DNA of 64,000 bases. Source: Diplonema japonicum. Its lineage: Eukaryota > Protista > Euglenozoa: Diplonemea. Shown here one piece after another: positions 35,645-46,732 of the stretch (its first letter is position 1; each line of letters begins with the position of its first letter). The position numbers and the translations under genes are program-made. The stretch lies in contig OZ025658.1 in assembly GCA_964019335.1 (NCBI GenBank), forward strand, positions 620,001 through 684,000, given 5' to 3'. The notes below the pieces were generated by a model. The model did not search any database. It was not told where the DNA came from and was given only the letters and a program-made list of their open reading frames with translations.

Positions 35645-38317
35645 ATGATGAAATCCAAAAACCACCCAACATCGATGCGCAGGTCCTCGAGGGCACGATC
35701 GGATGATTTGTACATCGAGATGGAAGAGGATGCAGCAGAGGAAGACGAGGAGGACGAACAAACTGTGGAACGGACGGAAAAGATCGTCAAGGTCGTCTCC
35801 CTCCGCGCATACCAGCTGAGAGACTACGAAAAAACCGTTATGTACGGAAGGCTCCCCATCATCTTACTCTGGATGGTTTCACTGACCCTATTATGTATCC
35901 TCTCAGGCGTTTCAACAGCAAGTTCATATAACGTTCTGTTCCACCTAGAACACGCGCACCACGAGGAACTAGAGCTCGAACGATTCCACAAGGTAACAAC
36001 CCCGAAGCTACTATGGCAATGGATACGAAGCACGGCGAAACACCTTTGGTTGAGAGATATCACACCTCAAAACTACCCCTTAGGATACTTCTTACTGCGC
36101 CAGTACCGTGTATCACGGGACCGGTTCTCGCCTGACAATATGATTTCACCAGATTTTAAAGCCCTGCTACCGGGGTATGTATTCCCTGACTGGGCGAACA
36201 ACGAGGCGTCACGAGAGCCTTACGGACCGGGTTTGCAGTACATTCCGAACTCGATGGTTCAAAATCCAATTTCTGTTTTAACAGTTTCAACTGAATTCCA
36301 TTCGTATGATGACCCTGCTGACGCATTCACAATACCGGTTAGCATGACAACAGACCTTTCTAGTGTATTGCAGCAGATCGACGATTTAGAGGTGAATAAA
36401 TGGGTGGATAATTCTACAAGAATTGTGATCATCGACATTCTAACGTACAACCCTTCAGTCGGGTCGTTCGCGGGGAACCATTTGTTCGTGGAGTTCTTCG
36501 CCACCGGGTCCTCGTCCGCAGCTTCGAAAGCTTACCCTTTTCAAATTCTGAACCTCGACACGCATTTCAACAGATTTCTATTGGCGATGGACTGCGGGGT
36601 CATATTAGGCACAATTGTGGTAATGCTCCAAATGTTCTCGACAATCCACACGAATTACCAACTCGGTGAGATATGGATATCCGCGTGGGAGATCTACGAC
36701 TCGTTTATAATTGGTTTCATCATAACTGCTTACACATTCCGGCTGTGGATGTGGATCGAGGGTCCTATTTTAGTAAACAGCGATGAGATTCCCAGCGCAA
36801 GCCAACCAAATCTCGCAATGTTCACCTCGTTATTCCAGTATGGGTACAAGTACGAACGGAGCAGCACTTACTTGGCGGTGGCCATCACCATGGTTTGGCT
36901 GCGGTTTCTAAGGGTTCTTCAACACACAGGGCGGTTGGGGGTTCTGTCGCTGACGATAAAATACGCGGCGGGTGAACTGTTCTCGCTGATGGTGATTTAC
37001 ATAGTAGTGCTAACAGGCTACGCTCTAGGCGCAACAGCTTTATTTGGTGCGGATTTCAGTGCGATGTCCTCTATCCAGAATTCTATCGGGTACCTTTTAC
37101 GGCTAACGATTTCGGCGGAAATCGGTGCTGATTGGGACCGACTCTCGGAGATCCACCCCGCGTGGGTCTGGCCGTTTATGGGCTCGTTCATGACGTTGTG
37201 TTGGTTGATCTTGCTGAACATGGTTCTTGCTATTGTGTCGGGGTCGTTCGCAGCAGTGCAGCATGCGATGGGAGGGAAGGTTGCATCGTGGGGGTTTCAA
37301 TCCATCCTGACCGATTTTAAAAAAATGAGGAATAAAATATTCGGAAAGACGAAGGGGAGGAGTTCGCAACAGGGATCACGCCGCAGCGCGATCCACATCC
37401 TCAACACGCACATCAAGGCAAACGGTTTGAAATCTGTCGTTAGCTACGGAGAGTGGCAGCACTTGGTCAACGATATCTACACCGCACAGCAAGCTCTCGA
37501 GATTTTCAACAAGGCCGATAAAGACCCGGCTACTCGAGTGCTCCCATCCGCACCTGGTACCCTTCACAACGGTCATCAACGGCGGGTGGAGTCTTATGAA
37601 CGGGAGAGCCTTATCACCATTCCCACCACTACACGGGATGAAGATGAAGAGTTACAACACCCCGTCTCAACTTATATCCCTCCTACGAGCGATCACGCTG
37701 AGAGGCTTCGGAGAATCGAGACGGAGCTTCGATCCATTCACACTGTTCTCGCAACTACTAAAGGGTACTCTTACAATGAAGATGCTTGTCATGTTTGTGG
37801 GAACAGGGTCACCATGCCGTTTTGTGGTGTTACAGGGGAGCGTCATGGTGCGATGAAGGCGCCGAACATTGTGCCGTTTGCCGGTCCTGCGGTGGGGGCA
37901 AGGCCTTTGACAAGCCCTGTCCAGGCGCCGTTGCCGCCGTCGCCTAATCACGGGCCGTTGCCATCTCCTTCGGTGTCACCTTCTCCTTATCCAAAGAGCT
38001 CTTCTACTAATAATAAATCTCAGATATTTTCAATTCCGTTTACTGATCTGCGATCGACTGTGAAGGTGAAGCATGCGCCGGCGGCGGGGTGGGGGCGGAA
38101 GAGGAGCAAGCCGCCGTCGTCACCCTCTCATTCCCCGTTGGCGTTGCCGTGCCCCACCTGTGGGGAGCTGCGGGAACCCGCGTCTGAGTGCCCGTACTGT
38201 CCCTCTTCCTCTTCTTCTTCCCTCCCGCGATTCTCAAGAAAAAGCCGCCCGACCGTATTTGACAGTAGTTTCGAGGTGGGGACACCCACTGGAAGTTACA
38301 CTCGGACGGTTCAGTAG
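35645..38317 (+). CDS. Polycystin-2/TRPP-like cation channel
   Basis: LRQYRV, NKWVDNSTRIVIIDILTYNPS, VEFFATG, WLRFLRVL, LSLTIKYA and LLNMVLAIV. The Pro-rich tail has CHVC..PFCGVTGERH and CPTC..CPYC. A further exon at 38456+ is possible. Confidence 0.9.
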   Translation: MMKSKNHPTSMRRSSRARSDDLYIEMEEDAAEEDEEDEQTVERTEKIVKVVSLRAYQLRDYEKTVMYGRLPIILLWMVSLTLLCILSGVSTASSYNVLFHLEHAHHEELELERFHKVTTPKLLWQWIRSTAKHLWLRDITPQNYPLGYFLLRQYRVSRDRFSPDNMISPDFKALLPGYVFPDWANNEASREPYGPGLQYIPNSMVQNPISVLTVSTEFHSYDDPADAFTIPVSMTTDLSSVLQQIDDLEVNKWVDNSTRIVIIDILTYNPSVGSFAGNHLFVEFFATGSSSAASKAYPFQILNLDTHFNRFLLAMDCGVILGTIVVMLQMFSTIHTNYQLGEIWISAWEIYDSFIIGFIITAYTFRLWMWIEGPILVNSDEIPSASQPNLAMFTSLFQYGYKYERSSTYLAVAITMVWLRFLRVLQHTGRLGVLSLTIKYAAGELFSLMVIYIVVLTGYALGATALFGADFSAMSSIQNSIGYLLRLTISAEIGADWDRLSEIHPAWVWPFMGSFMTLCWLILLNMVLAIVSGSFAAVQHAMGGKVASWGFQSILTDFKKMRNKIFGKTKGRSSQQGSRRSAIHILNTHIKANGLKSVVSYGEWQHLVNDIYTAQQALEIFNKADKDPATRVLPSAPGTLHNGHQRRVESYERESLITIPTTTRDEDEELQHPVSTYIPPTSDHAERLRRIETELRSIHTVLATTKGYSYNEDACHVCGNRVTMPFCGVTGERHGAMKAPNIVPFAGPAVGARPLTSPVQAPLPPSPNHGPLPSPSVSPSPYPKSSSTNNKSQIFSIPFTDLRSTVKVKHAPAAGWGRKRSKPPSSPSHSPLALPCPTCGELREPASECPYCPSSSSSSLPRFSRKSRPTVFDSSFEVGTPTGSYTRTVQ

Positions 38318-38399
38318 AGCAAAAAAAAAAAAAAAAAAAAAAAAGAAAGAAAGAAACACGTGTACTTTTTTTAATGAAAAAAAATATTATGCTGTTGAT

Positions 38400-38440
<41 letters not shown>

Positions 38441-39113
38441 TTCCCCGAGCAACAGATGGAGTTGCCGTTGGACGACCGTGGAGAAGGTGGAGTCGTCACT
38501 GCAAGGAGGCTGCGGATATGCGGCGACGTGTCCAGGGCCTATGACAACTCCCTCCGCTGTATCACAGGACGGACCACTCCCGGAGCGAACCAAGAGCAGC
38601 ATCGAGGACCCGCCAGAACGCGGACAACGAGGACTTAGCTCGGTACTTCCGCAAACCCGGTCGAGCGCAAAAACGCATACATTTTTAAAAAAAAAGGGTA
38701 CCCCTCCCCACCCCCACCCAAGGTAAAGAACTTTCACGTAAATTAGTTTTTCTTTTTTCACTTTACAGTATAAAAGTTTGGAATTGGGGGAACGAAAAAA
38801 AAAAAGGGGGTGGGAAAGAAGGGGAGAAAAAAAAATCAGGTTCCCCCGGTAAAAAAAAAACGAGATTTTCCTGAAGACAACGCATGGTAGCCACGTTCCA
38901 TTTCTTGTTCGTGTGATTTTTTTTTTTTTTTAACCCTGACAAAATGTTACAGACATTTCGCTGAATATGTGTTGCGGGGTCTATTTCTCAGAAAACTGTA
39001 ATTTAAATAAACTGTTTCGTGTGAATAGGTCGAAACACGCCTATCCGGGATCCTGGAAGAAATTTTATAAAAAAAAGAAGAAGGAAGAAAAAAAGTGCGA
39101 AGTGGAATTAACC

Positions 39114-39148
<35 letters not shown>

Positions 39149-39594
39149 CGGAAGCAATTCGGAAAAAAAAAAAAGAAAAAAAAAGTTAAGAGTTTTTGTT
39201 TTTGTTTTTTGTTTTTTTGTTTTTTGTTGTTTCTTTTTTTTTTTTTTTTTTTTTTTTTAGGAAGCTTAAATATCTCTTCCCCTCCCCCCTTCCCCCTCCC
39301 CCCTCGCGCCTTTTCCTACACATTAATTTATATAAGATATACCAGCCACTCTCATAACCCCCTTCTCTCCCATTTTTTCCGTAATTGTCCTTGATATCTT
39401 TGATCCTTGTGCTTTGGTGCTGCACCCTCTCTTTCCCTACCTTCCTATATAATAGAGGTACACGGGATGAGGCTGTTTAAAGGCACAGTAGGCATTTTTT
39501 TTTCTCTTTTTTTTCTGGTTGAGGTTCCCCCCCCCCCCATCTCCCTTGCTCTCCTCCCCCTCCCTCTTCTTTATGATATTTAGAAGACGGCCTT

Positions 39595-39644
<50 letters not shown>

Positions 39645-39792
39645 AAGGGGAGGCGTGGGGGCAGGCGTGGGGTGGTGTGTGTGTTTTTTTTTTATTCTTT
39701 TTTTTTTTTTTTTTTTTTTTTTTTCCTAGAGAAAAAGAAGAAAAAAAAAAGCCTCCCACACCCCTACCTTCTTCTTTTTTTTTCTTTGTTAA

Positions 39793-40116
39793 CCTGATGC
39801 ACACGGCGACCTATCTCTCGGGGTCCTATTTTGCAATTTTAATCCTGGGTGGAATAAAAACGTACGGCATGCAACCATAGCAAATATGCACAACATGTAC
39901 AGGCAACAGGGGGAACTTAAGGTCAGAGCAGTCCGTGGCATATATAGGACTCATTTCCAATGAGATCCAGGACTGCTTGTTTGAAGAAAAGGGGAAAATA
40001 AAGCAATGGGGAGTCAGGGTCGTACTTGGCGCGCCCTACGTTAATCATTCAAAAGTATTTCGAAAAAACACGAAATTTTTCAAACGATACTTCATTGCGC
40101 CTCCGTGCGCATCAGG
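39793..40116. mobile_element. piggyBac-type MITE (324 bp)
   Basis: TTAA|CCTGATGCACACGG ... CCGTGCGCATCAGG|TTAA: a 14-bp TIR with one mismatch and TTAA on both flanks. The interior is non-coding and homopolymer-poor. Confidence 0.8.
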
Positions 40117-41015
40117 TTAAAAAATGTATACAAAAAGATTCTCCTTAGAGGTCTACTTGGGAAATATAAAGACCTTTATGAAGAAGAGAAGAGGAGGGGA
40201 AAACAAAAAAGAATTGTTGTATTGTTCTTGTGCAAAAAACAAAAAGAAAAGGAAAAAGAAAAAAAAAAAAAAAAGAGAAACAAGCAGTTAGACAATAATT
40301 GTCGACTGTGAGTACTCTGGGGGGGAGAGAGAAAGAAGAAAAAAAGAAGAAAGGTCGGGTCGCTGAGAAAAGCACCTTCTCCCTTTTTCTAAATACTTTT
40401 TTTCATTCTTTCTCACTGTAGTTTTTTTTTTCTTTTTTTTTTCATTCTTCTCCCAAAGTCCCACATCCCCCTTCACCCTCTTCTAAAAATCTAACTGCAC
40501 TCTGCATCTAGAGGTTAAGGAAGAGACAACCATTGTTACAATTTTCCTCTTCAAGCCGCCTATGGTTGATGTAGGGGGAAAAAAAAAGAAAGAAATATAA
40601 ATAAAAAAAAATATAATAACCGATCTCTTGGAACAAAAAAAGAAGAAGAAAAACTCATTATTATTACCCCCCTGTTAAAAACAAAAAAAAGGCCCAGATA
40701 CATCTCCTGTAATATGCTTTTTTTCCCTCCCCCTTTTTTTGCCTGGGTGGGGGGGGGGGGGGGGGCGGGATACGGTGTGTCTTTTATGTTCATTTGTCAC
40801 TCTCTACTCTTTTTATCATCCCCCTCCTCCTCTTACCTTTTGGAAAGCGTGGTTCTGTTTTTATTACTTTCTTTCTTTTTTTTTTCTGTCCTAGTTTTTA
40901 TTTTTTTTTTTTTTTTGTTTCCAAAAAAAAAAAAAAAAAAAAAAAAAACCGACGTCTCACTCCATCACCAACCACAGCTCATCTTTATCACAAAAAAAAA
41001 AAAAAAAAAAAAAAA

Positions 41016-41594
41016 ATGTCTGACCACAGCGAGAAGAAGCTCAAGGCCGTGATCAAGGAGGGTGGCAAGAAGGGTCAGGATCTCGCGGGTATGTCCGACA
41101 TGGGTTCGTGCTTCCAGCAGGCCAACCTTGTGGAGCCCGAGGGTCAGATGGACCTTCTGGAGATGGCCTTCGAGGCCATGAACAAGGTTGTCGACCCTGA
41201 GGCTGAGGAGAGGAGGGGTGGCGCTGGTGAGGTCGCGAAGATCCTTCTGTCCGCCACCAACGACAAGTTCGTGTCCATCGTCCACGTTCCCGAGAACTTC
41301 ACGTCTGCCGACAAGAACGAGAGGCAGTACGAGATCAGCGCCATTGACTGGGCCAAGGCCGCCTTCGCGACTCTCCCCGGTGACGGTAAGGGTGCTGAGT
41401 TCACCGTCGAGACCCCCACCCTTGTGAAGGTTGTGTACACCAAGGACACCGAGGCCGGGAGGTACCCCGAGAAGGCCAAGGACAACGTCAGCGGTGCCTC
41501 CTTCGCCTGGCTCCGCAGCAAGAGCCTCGTCCTTGACGACGACGACAGTGACGATGAGTTCGTCTTCGGTGACGACGACATGCCCGGTATCTAG
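41016..41594 (+). CDS. Conserved hypothetical 192-aa protein (C-Ala/DHHA1-like, acidic tail), copy 1
   Basis: ATG after an A-run; strong C/G/T-ending codon bias. KEGGKKG, EERRGGAG, KFVSIVHVPEN..ISAIDW and tail DDDDSDDEFVFGDDDMPGI. Confidence 0.85.
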   Translation: MSDHSEKKLKAVIKEGGKKGQDLAGMSDMGSCFQQANLVEPEGQMDLLEMAFEAMNKVVDPEAEERRGGAGEVAKILLSATNDKFVSIVHVPENFTSADKNERQYEISAIDWAKAAFATLPGDGKGAEFTVETPTLVKVVYTKDTEAGRYPEKAKDNVSGASFAWLRSKSLVLDDDDSDDEFVFGDDDMPGI

Positions 41595-42152
41595 ATAGGA
41601 GAGGGTGAAAAAAAAAATTTTTTTTTTCCTTGTTAACGTTTTTTATTTTGAAAAAAGAAAAAAATGAAAAAAGAAAACTGGCGCATTTCATCTAATTTGT
41701 TTTTTTTTTACGCAAAAAAGAAAGAAAAAAAGAAGAGAAAGAAAAAAAAAAAAACACAAAATTGAGTTTTTTTTTTTTTCATTCTTTTTTTTTTTTCCTT
41801 TTTTTTTTCTCCCTCCTTACCTCTGAAAGAAAAAAAAAATTGATAATGGCTTGCCTTTTTTTTTTTTTTTTTGAAAATCTTTTTATTTACTAGCCCCCTT
41901 CCCCCTCGAAAATGATTTTTTTTTTCTTCTCTCTGTTTTTTTATTTTATTTATTTCACCCACTCACCCAACCCCTTTTCATAACGAAAAAAAAAGTAATC
42001 AGAAAAACCCTTTTTTAAAATTTTTATTTCCTATTTATTCCTCTTTCTGCCAAGTTCCCCTTCGTCACAGGTGCCATATTCTGGTACAAAAAAACACTCC
42101 TTCCTTAGAGTGGGAAAGGCACTCTCATGTGCTTCAAGTACTTAATTCCTCG

Positions 42153-42186
<34 letters not shown>

Positions 42187-42226
42187 CCACCACCAGCTCA
42201 TCTTTATCAAACACCAACAAAAAAAA

Positions 42227-42805
42227 ATGTCTGACCACAGCGAGAAGAAGCTCAAGGCCGTGATCAAGGAGGGTGGCAAGAAGGGTCAGGATCTCGCGGG
42301 TATGTCCGACATGGGTTCGTGCTTCCAGCAGGCCAACCTTGTGGAGCCCGAGGGTCAGATGGACCTTCTGGAGATGGCCTTCGAGGCCATGAACAAGGTT
42401 GTCGACCCTGAGGCTGAGGAGAGGAGGGGTGGCGCTGGTGAGGTCGCGAAGATCCTTCTGTCCGCCACCAACGACAAGTTCGTGTCCATCGTCCACGTTC
42501 CTGAGAACTTCACGTCTGCCGACAAGAACGAGAGGCAGTACGAGATCAGCGCCATTGACTGGGCCAAGGCCGCCTTCGCGACTCTCCCCGGTGACGGTAA
42601 GGGTGCTGAGTTCACCGTCGAGACCCCCACCCTTGTGAAGGTTGTGTACACCAAGGACACCGAGGCCGGGAGGTACCCCGAGAAGGCCAAGGACAACGTC
42701 AGCGGTGCCTCCTTCGCCTGGCTCCGCAGCAAGAGCCTCGTCCTTGACGACGACGACAGTGACGATGAGTTCGTCTTCGGTGACGACGACATGCCCGGTA
42801 TCTAG
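42227..42805 (+). CDS. Conserved hypothetical 192-aa protein, copy 2 (tandem duplicate)
   Basis: Protein identical to copy 1. One synonymous difference seen (CCC at 41289-41291 vs CCT at 42500-42502). Confidence 0.85.
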   Translation: MSDHSEKKLKAVIKEGGKKGQDLAGMSDMGSCFQQANLVEPEGQMDLLEMAFEAMNKVVDPEAEERRGGAGEVAKILLSATNDKFVSIVHVPENFTSADKNERQYEISAIDWAKAAFATLPGDGKGAEFTVETPTLVKVVYTKDTEAGRYPEKAKDNVSGASFAWLRSKSLVLDDDDSDDEFVFGDDDMPGI

Positions 42806-42921
42806 ATCAATTATAGCTTCTTTCTTTTTTTTTTTTTTACTTCATTTGAAGGTTATATCCCTTTATATATTTCTGCCCCCTTTTTTTTTCATATCGCACC
42901 TCAGGAAACAAAGAAAAAAAA

Positions 42922-44223
42922 ATGCGAGAAGTTGTCTCCATCCAGGTAGGACAGGGCGGGAACCAAATCGGTGCAAAATTCTGGGAGGCGATATCGAAAG
43001 AACACGGGCTGGACTCCTCCGGTGAGTACAAAGGCAACACCACAGAACAAACGGAGAAGATCCGGGTCTACTACAACGAGGAGCCGACGGGACGGTACGT
43101 CCCACGCACGGTGCTGCTGGACCTCGATCCTTCACCACTGGACTGTCTACGATACGACTCTCACACGCAATACAGAAAAGAAAACTTTCTCTCAAGCACC
43201 ACAGGGACAGGGAGCAACTGGGCGAAGGGGCATTACTCAGAAGGCGCCGACATGCTAGACCCAACAATGGACACAATACGGAGAGAGATCGAGCGGTGTG
43301 AAGGCCTGCAAGGGTTCCAACTGTCGCACACCCTCGGCGGCGGGACAGGCTCCGGAATGGGAACGCTGCTCCTCTCACATCTCCGAGAGGAGTACCCTGA
43401 CAAAATGATGCTAACCTTCTCAACAGTACCCAGGAGGACGAGGAGCTTCGTCGCGGAGCCGTACAACACGGTCCTGTCTGTACACCAGCTGATCGAGAAT
43501 GCAGACGCCTGCGTCATGCTGGACAACGAGGCGCTTTACGATATATGCTACAGAACGTTGAAATTACAAACCCCAACCTTTGCCGATGTGAACCGCCTGG
43601 TGACGGAGGTGACCACAGGGGTCACCTCGACCTTCAGGTTCAGAGGCATGTTGAATGCGGATATTCGAAGGTTTGTGGTTAATCTCGTCCCATACCCAAG
43701 GCTGCATTTCCTTTTGACGGGTATTGCACCATTGGCCGCAGGGCGGGCCTTGACCGTGCCTGAACTGGTGGTGCAATCGTGTGATGCAAAGAATATGGTT
43801 TGTGCGGCTGACCCTCGCCACGGGAGGTATTTGACTTGCTTCAACAATTTCCGCGGGCCCGTGTCGCGCAAGGAAGTCAGCGATCAAGCCTTAAACGTGT
43901 GTGGGAGGAACTCCAGCTACTACGTCGAGTGGATCCCCAACAATGTCAAGGCGTCTGTCAACGACGTGTGCACCCCGACACCCTCTGCCTGCTTCGTCGG
44001 GAACAACACAAGCATACAGGAAATGTTTCGAGGCGTTCATACGCAATATGCCTCGTTCTTCTCGAGAAGGGTTTGTCTCCATTGGTATACGATGGAGGGG
44101 ATGGACGAGATGGAGTTCGCAGAAGCTGAAGAAAACTTAACCGACCTCAACAGAGAATACCAGCAGTACCAAGACGCGACTTGCGAAGAAGACTATGAGT
44201 TCGACGATGCTGAGTTATTTTGA
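42922..44223 (+). CDS. TUBB: Divergent beta-tubulin
   Basis: [81 protein letters not shown] and YQQYQDAT. Confidence 0.93.
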   Translation: MREVVSIQVGQGGNQIGAKFWEAISKEHGLDSSGEYKGNTTEQTEKIRVYYNEEPTGRYVPRTVLLDLDPSPLDCLRYDSHTQYRKENFLSSTTGTGSNWAKGHYSEGADMLDPTMDTIRREIERCEGLQGFQLSHTLGGGTGSGMGTLLLSHLREEYPDKMMLTFSTVPRRTRSFVAEPYNTVLSVHQLIENADACVMLDNEALYDICYRTLKLQTPTFADVNRLVTEVTTGVTSTFRFRGMLNADIRRFVVNLVPYPRLHFLLTGIAPLAAGRALTVPELVVQSCDAKNMVCAADPRHGRYLTCFNNFRGPVSRKEVSDQALNVCGRNSSYYVEWIPNNVKASVNDVCTPTPSACFVGNNTSIQEMFRGVHTQYASFFSRRVCLHWYTMEGMDEMEFAEAEENLTDLNREYQQYQDATCEEDYEFDDAELF

Positions 44224-44452
44224 AAAACAGAAAACCAGAAAAAGAAGAAAAAAAACATCCCCTAGCCAATCTTTTCTCCTAACTTTATTTTGTTTTTTTG
44301 TGGCGGGGGGGGGAGGTCGTTGTTAACACTTCTACCCTCCCCTAAATCACAATGACTCCCTCTTTTTTTTTTTTATATATATTTATTATAATGCAATCCA
44401 AACCGTCGACAAAAGATTCTTCAAAAAAAGGGGAAAGAGAAACAAAAAAAAA

Positions 44453-46103
44453 ATGTCCCGTGTTGTAACAGTAGTGGACTACGGTGCTGGAAATGTCAGG
44501 AGCGTGATCAATGCTGTGGAGCACCTGGGGTGGGAGGTGAAGATGGCAGGCACAGCCGAGGAGATTCTTTCTGCAGAAAGGCTGATCTTCCCAGGCGTCG
44601 GGGCCTTCGGCAGCGCGATGGAACGACTCGCCTCCCTCGGCTTCATCGACCCGATTAAAGCATACATTTCAACAGGAAAACCATTCTTCGGGGTATGCCT
44701 TGGGATGCAAACCCTGTTTGAAGAATCCGAAGAGTCCCCCGGTGTGAAAGGACTTGGCGTCATCAAGGGTAAAATCAGCAAATTCAAGGTAACCCCAGGA
44801 GTATCCGTCCCGCACATGGGTTGGAACCAAGTCAACTCTTGGAAGGACGGTTCAAAAGTCATCGAAGAAGGATGCAGGTACTACTTTGTACACTCCTTTG
44901 TGGCGGACGTCACCGACACCCCTTCGGAGTGGGTTCTGGGGACAACGGACTACGGGGGTCAGACAATCGTGTCAGCGGTCCAGTTTGAAAACGTTCTGGC
45001 GACACAATTCCACCCGGAAAAATCGTCGAAAAAAGGTTTGGAGATCATAAGAAAGTTCTTGGAAAACGAGGCCCGTGATGAAAAACCGACATTCTCCCTC
45101 GCTACAAAAAACACAAAACCACCCACTATCCTGGGAAAACGTGTAATCGCGTGTTTAGACGTGCGAGCCAACGACGACGGTGACATCATCGTAACAAAGG
45201 GAGATCAGTACGCCGTCAGGGAAGAGACGGGTGATAAGGAGGTACGAAACCTTGGAAAACCCGTGGAGCTTGCGGAACGGTACTACCTAGAAGGCGCTGA
45301 TGAGATTACATTTTTGAACATTACGTCGTTCCGTTCATCTCCGTTGAAAGACCAGCCCATGCTTGAGGTTTTGAAACAGGCTTCGAGAAAAATCTTCGTT
45401 CCACTATGCGTCGGTGGGGGTATCAGATCCTACACCGACCCAGACGGGACCCACAGATCGGCGTTGGAAGTCGCCGGAGAATACTTTAGATCCGGTGCGG
45501 ATAAAGTGTCTATTGGAAGCGACGCTGTGGAAGCCGTTCTCGCTCAACCTTCTGAACAAGAATCATCGATATCATCTATTTCAAGGGTGTACGGCGCGCA
45601 GGCTGTCGTGATCTCTGTAGACCCGAAAAGGATCTATGGGAAATCTGACAAACATGAAACTTTCACCGCTTTAACACCTTCGGTCGATGGCGAGACACAG
45701 TGCTGGTACCAATGTACATTGAAGGGCGGAAGGGAAACAGCTGATCTCTCCGCCAGGGAGCTTGCTATCGGGACTGAGAAGCTCGGTGCGGGGGAGATCC
45801 TCTTGAACTGTATTGACCACGATGGGCAGAACAATGGGTTTGACACGGCGTTGATTGCGGATGTTAAGAGGAATGTCTCGATTCCCGTCATTGCTTCTTC
45901 TGGTGCAGGGAAGCCGGAGCATTTTACAGAAGTTTTCAAAAAAGCGAACCCAGACGCTGCCTTGGCGGCTGGAATATTCCACAGAAAGGAGGTTTCCATT
46001 ACGGTATGGAGAAGAAAAAAAAAATGGGGAAAGAAAAAAAAAATATATATATCAGGACGTGAAATCTGAGTTGAGTAAAAATGGAGTACCGGTGCGTCAG
46101 TAG
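44453..46103 (+). CDS. HIS7: Bifunctional imidazole glycerol phosphate synthase (HisH-HisF fusion)
   Basis: DYGAGNVRS, FPGVG, GVCLGMQ, FHPEKS, IACLDVRAND.GD..VTKGDQY, RNLGKPV and IASSGAG. Intron 46004-46055 restores DVKSELSKNGVPVRQ*. Confidence 0.95.
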
Positions 46104-46732
46104 AGGGGTGGGGAAAGGGGGGATGGGGGGAGGGATATCTTTTTCTTTTTTAAAAAAAAAGCATAATGGTGTGTTAAAAGAGCGCTTTTTTTTTTGTTAT
46201 TTATGTTTATTTCTATCTAGAGCAGCTCTGCTTTTTTTTTTTTTTTTTTTCCTTTTCTTTTTTGTTGTACGTCGACAAATTCGTCACATTTAAAACCTTT
46301 TTATTTTTCCAACTCGTGTGAACAAGAGAGGAAGAGATGGTGAACAAAGAAAAAAAGAGAAGGGGGAGAGGGAGAACGGGATACAGCAGCCAGACGGTGC
46401 TTTTTTCGTTACCTCTCTTTCCCTCTTGTCTTTTTTCTTTTTGTATCTTATACAAGATTTTCCCCCCTTGTTCACCCCTCTCCCTCTCTCTCTCTCTTTC
46501 TCTTTCTTCTTCTTTTCCGCATCGGTGAACTACCTTTTTTTTTCACGATAAGTGGTTCGATTTATTTTTACCCTATTTTTTTTTTTTTTTTTTTTGTTCC
46601 ATTTTCGTTTCTTTTCCTGGCAAAAAAAAAGAACAAGAGAAGGGCCTCCTTTTTTTTTTTTCTCTTTTTTTTTTCCGGGCGCCAAAAAAAAAAAAAAAGA
46701 AAAGTGCCAAAAAAAAAAAAAAAAAAAAAAAA

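Noticed and set aside
39013-39046. H-type pseudoknot (TGTTTCG/CGAAACA with ATAGGT/GCCTAT)
   Set aside because: The connecting loop is only 1 nt, too short to span a 7-bp stem.
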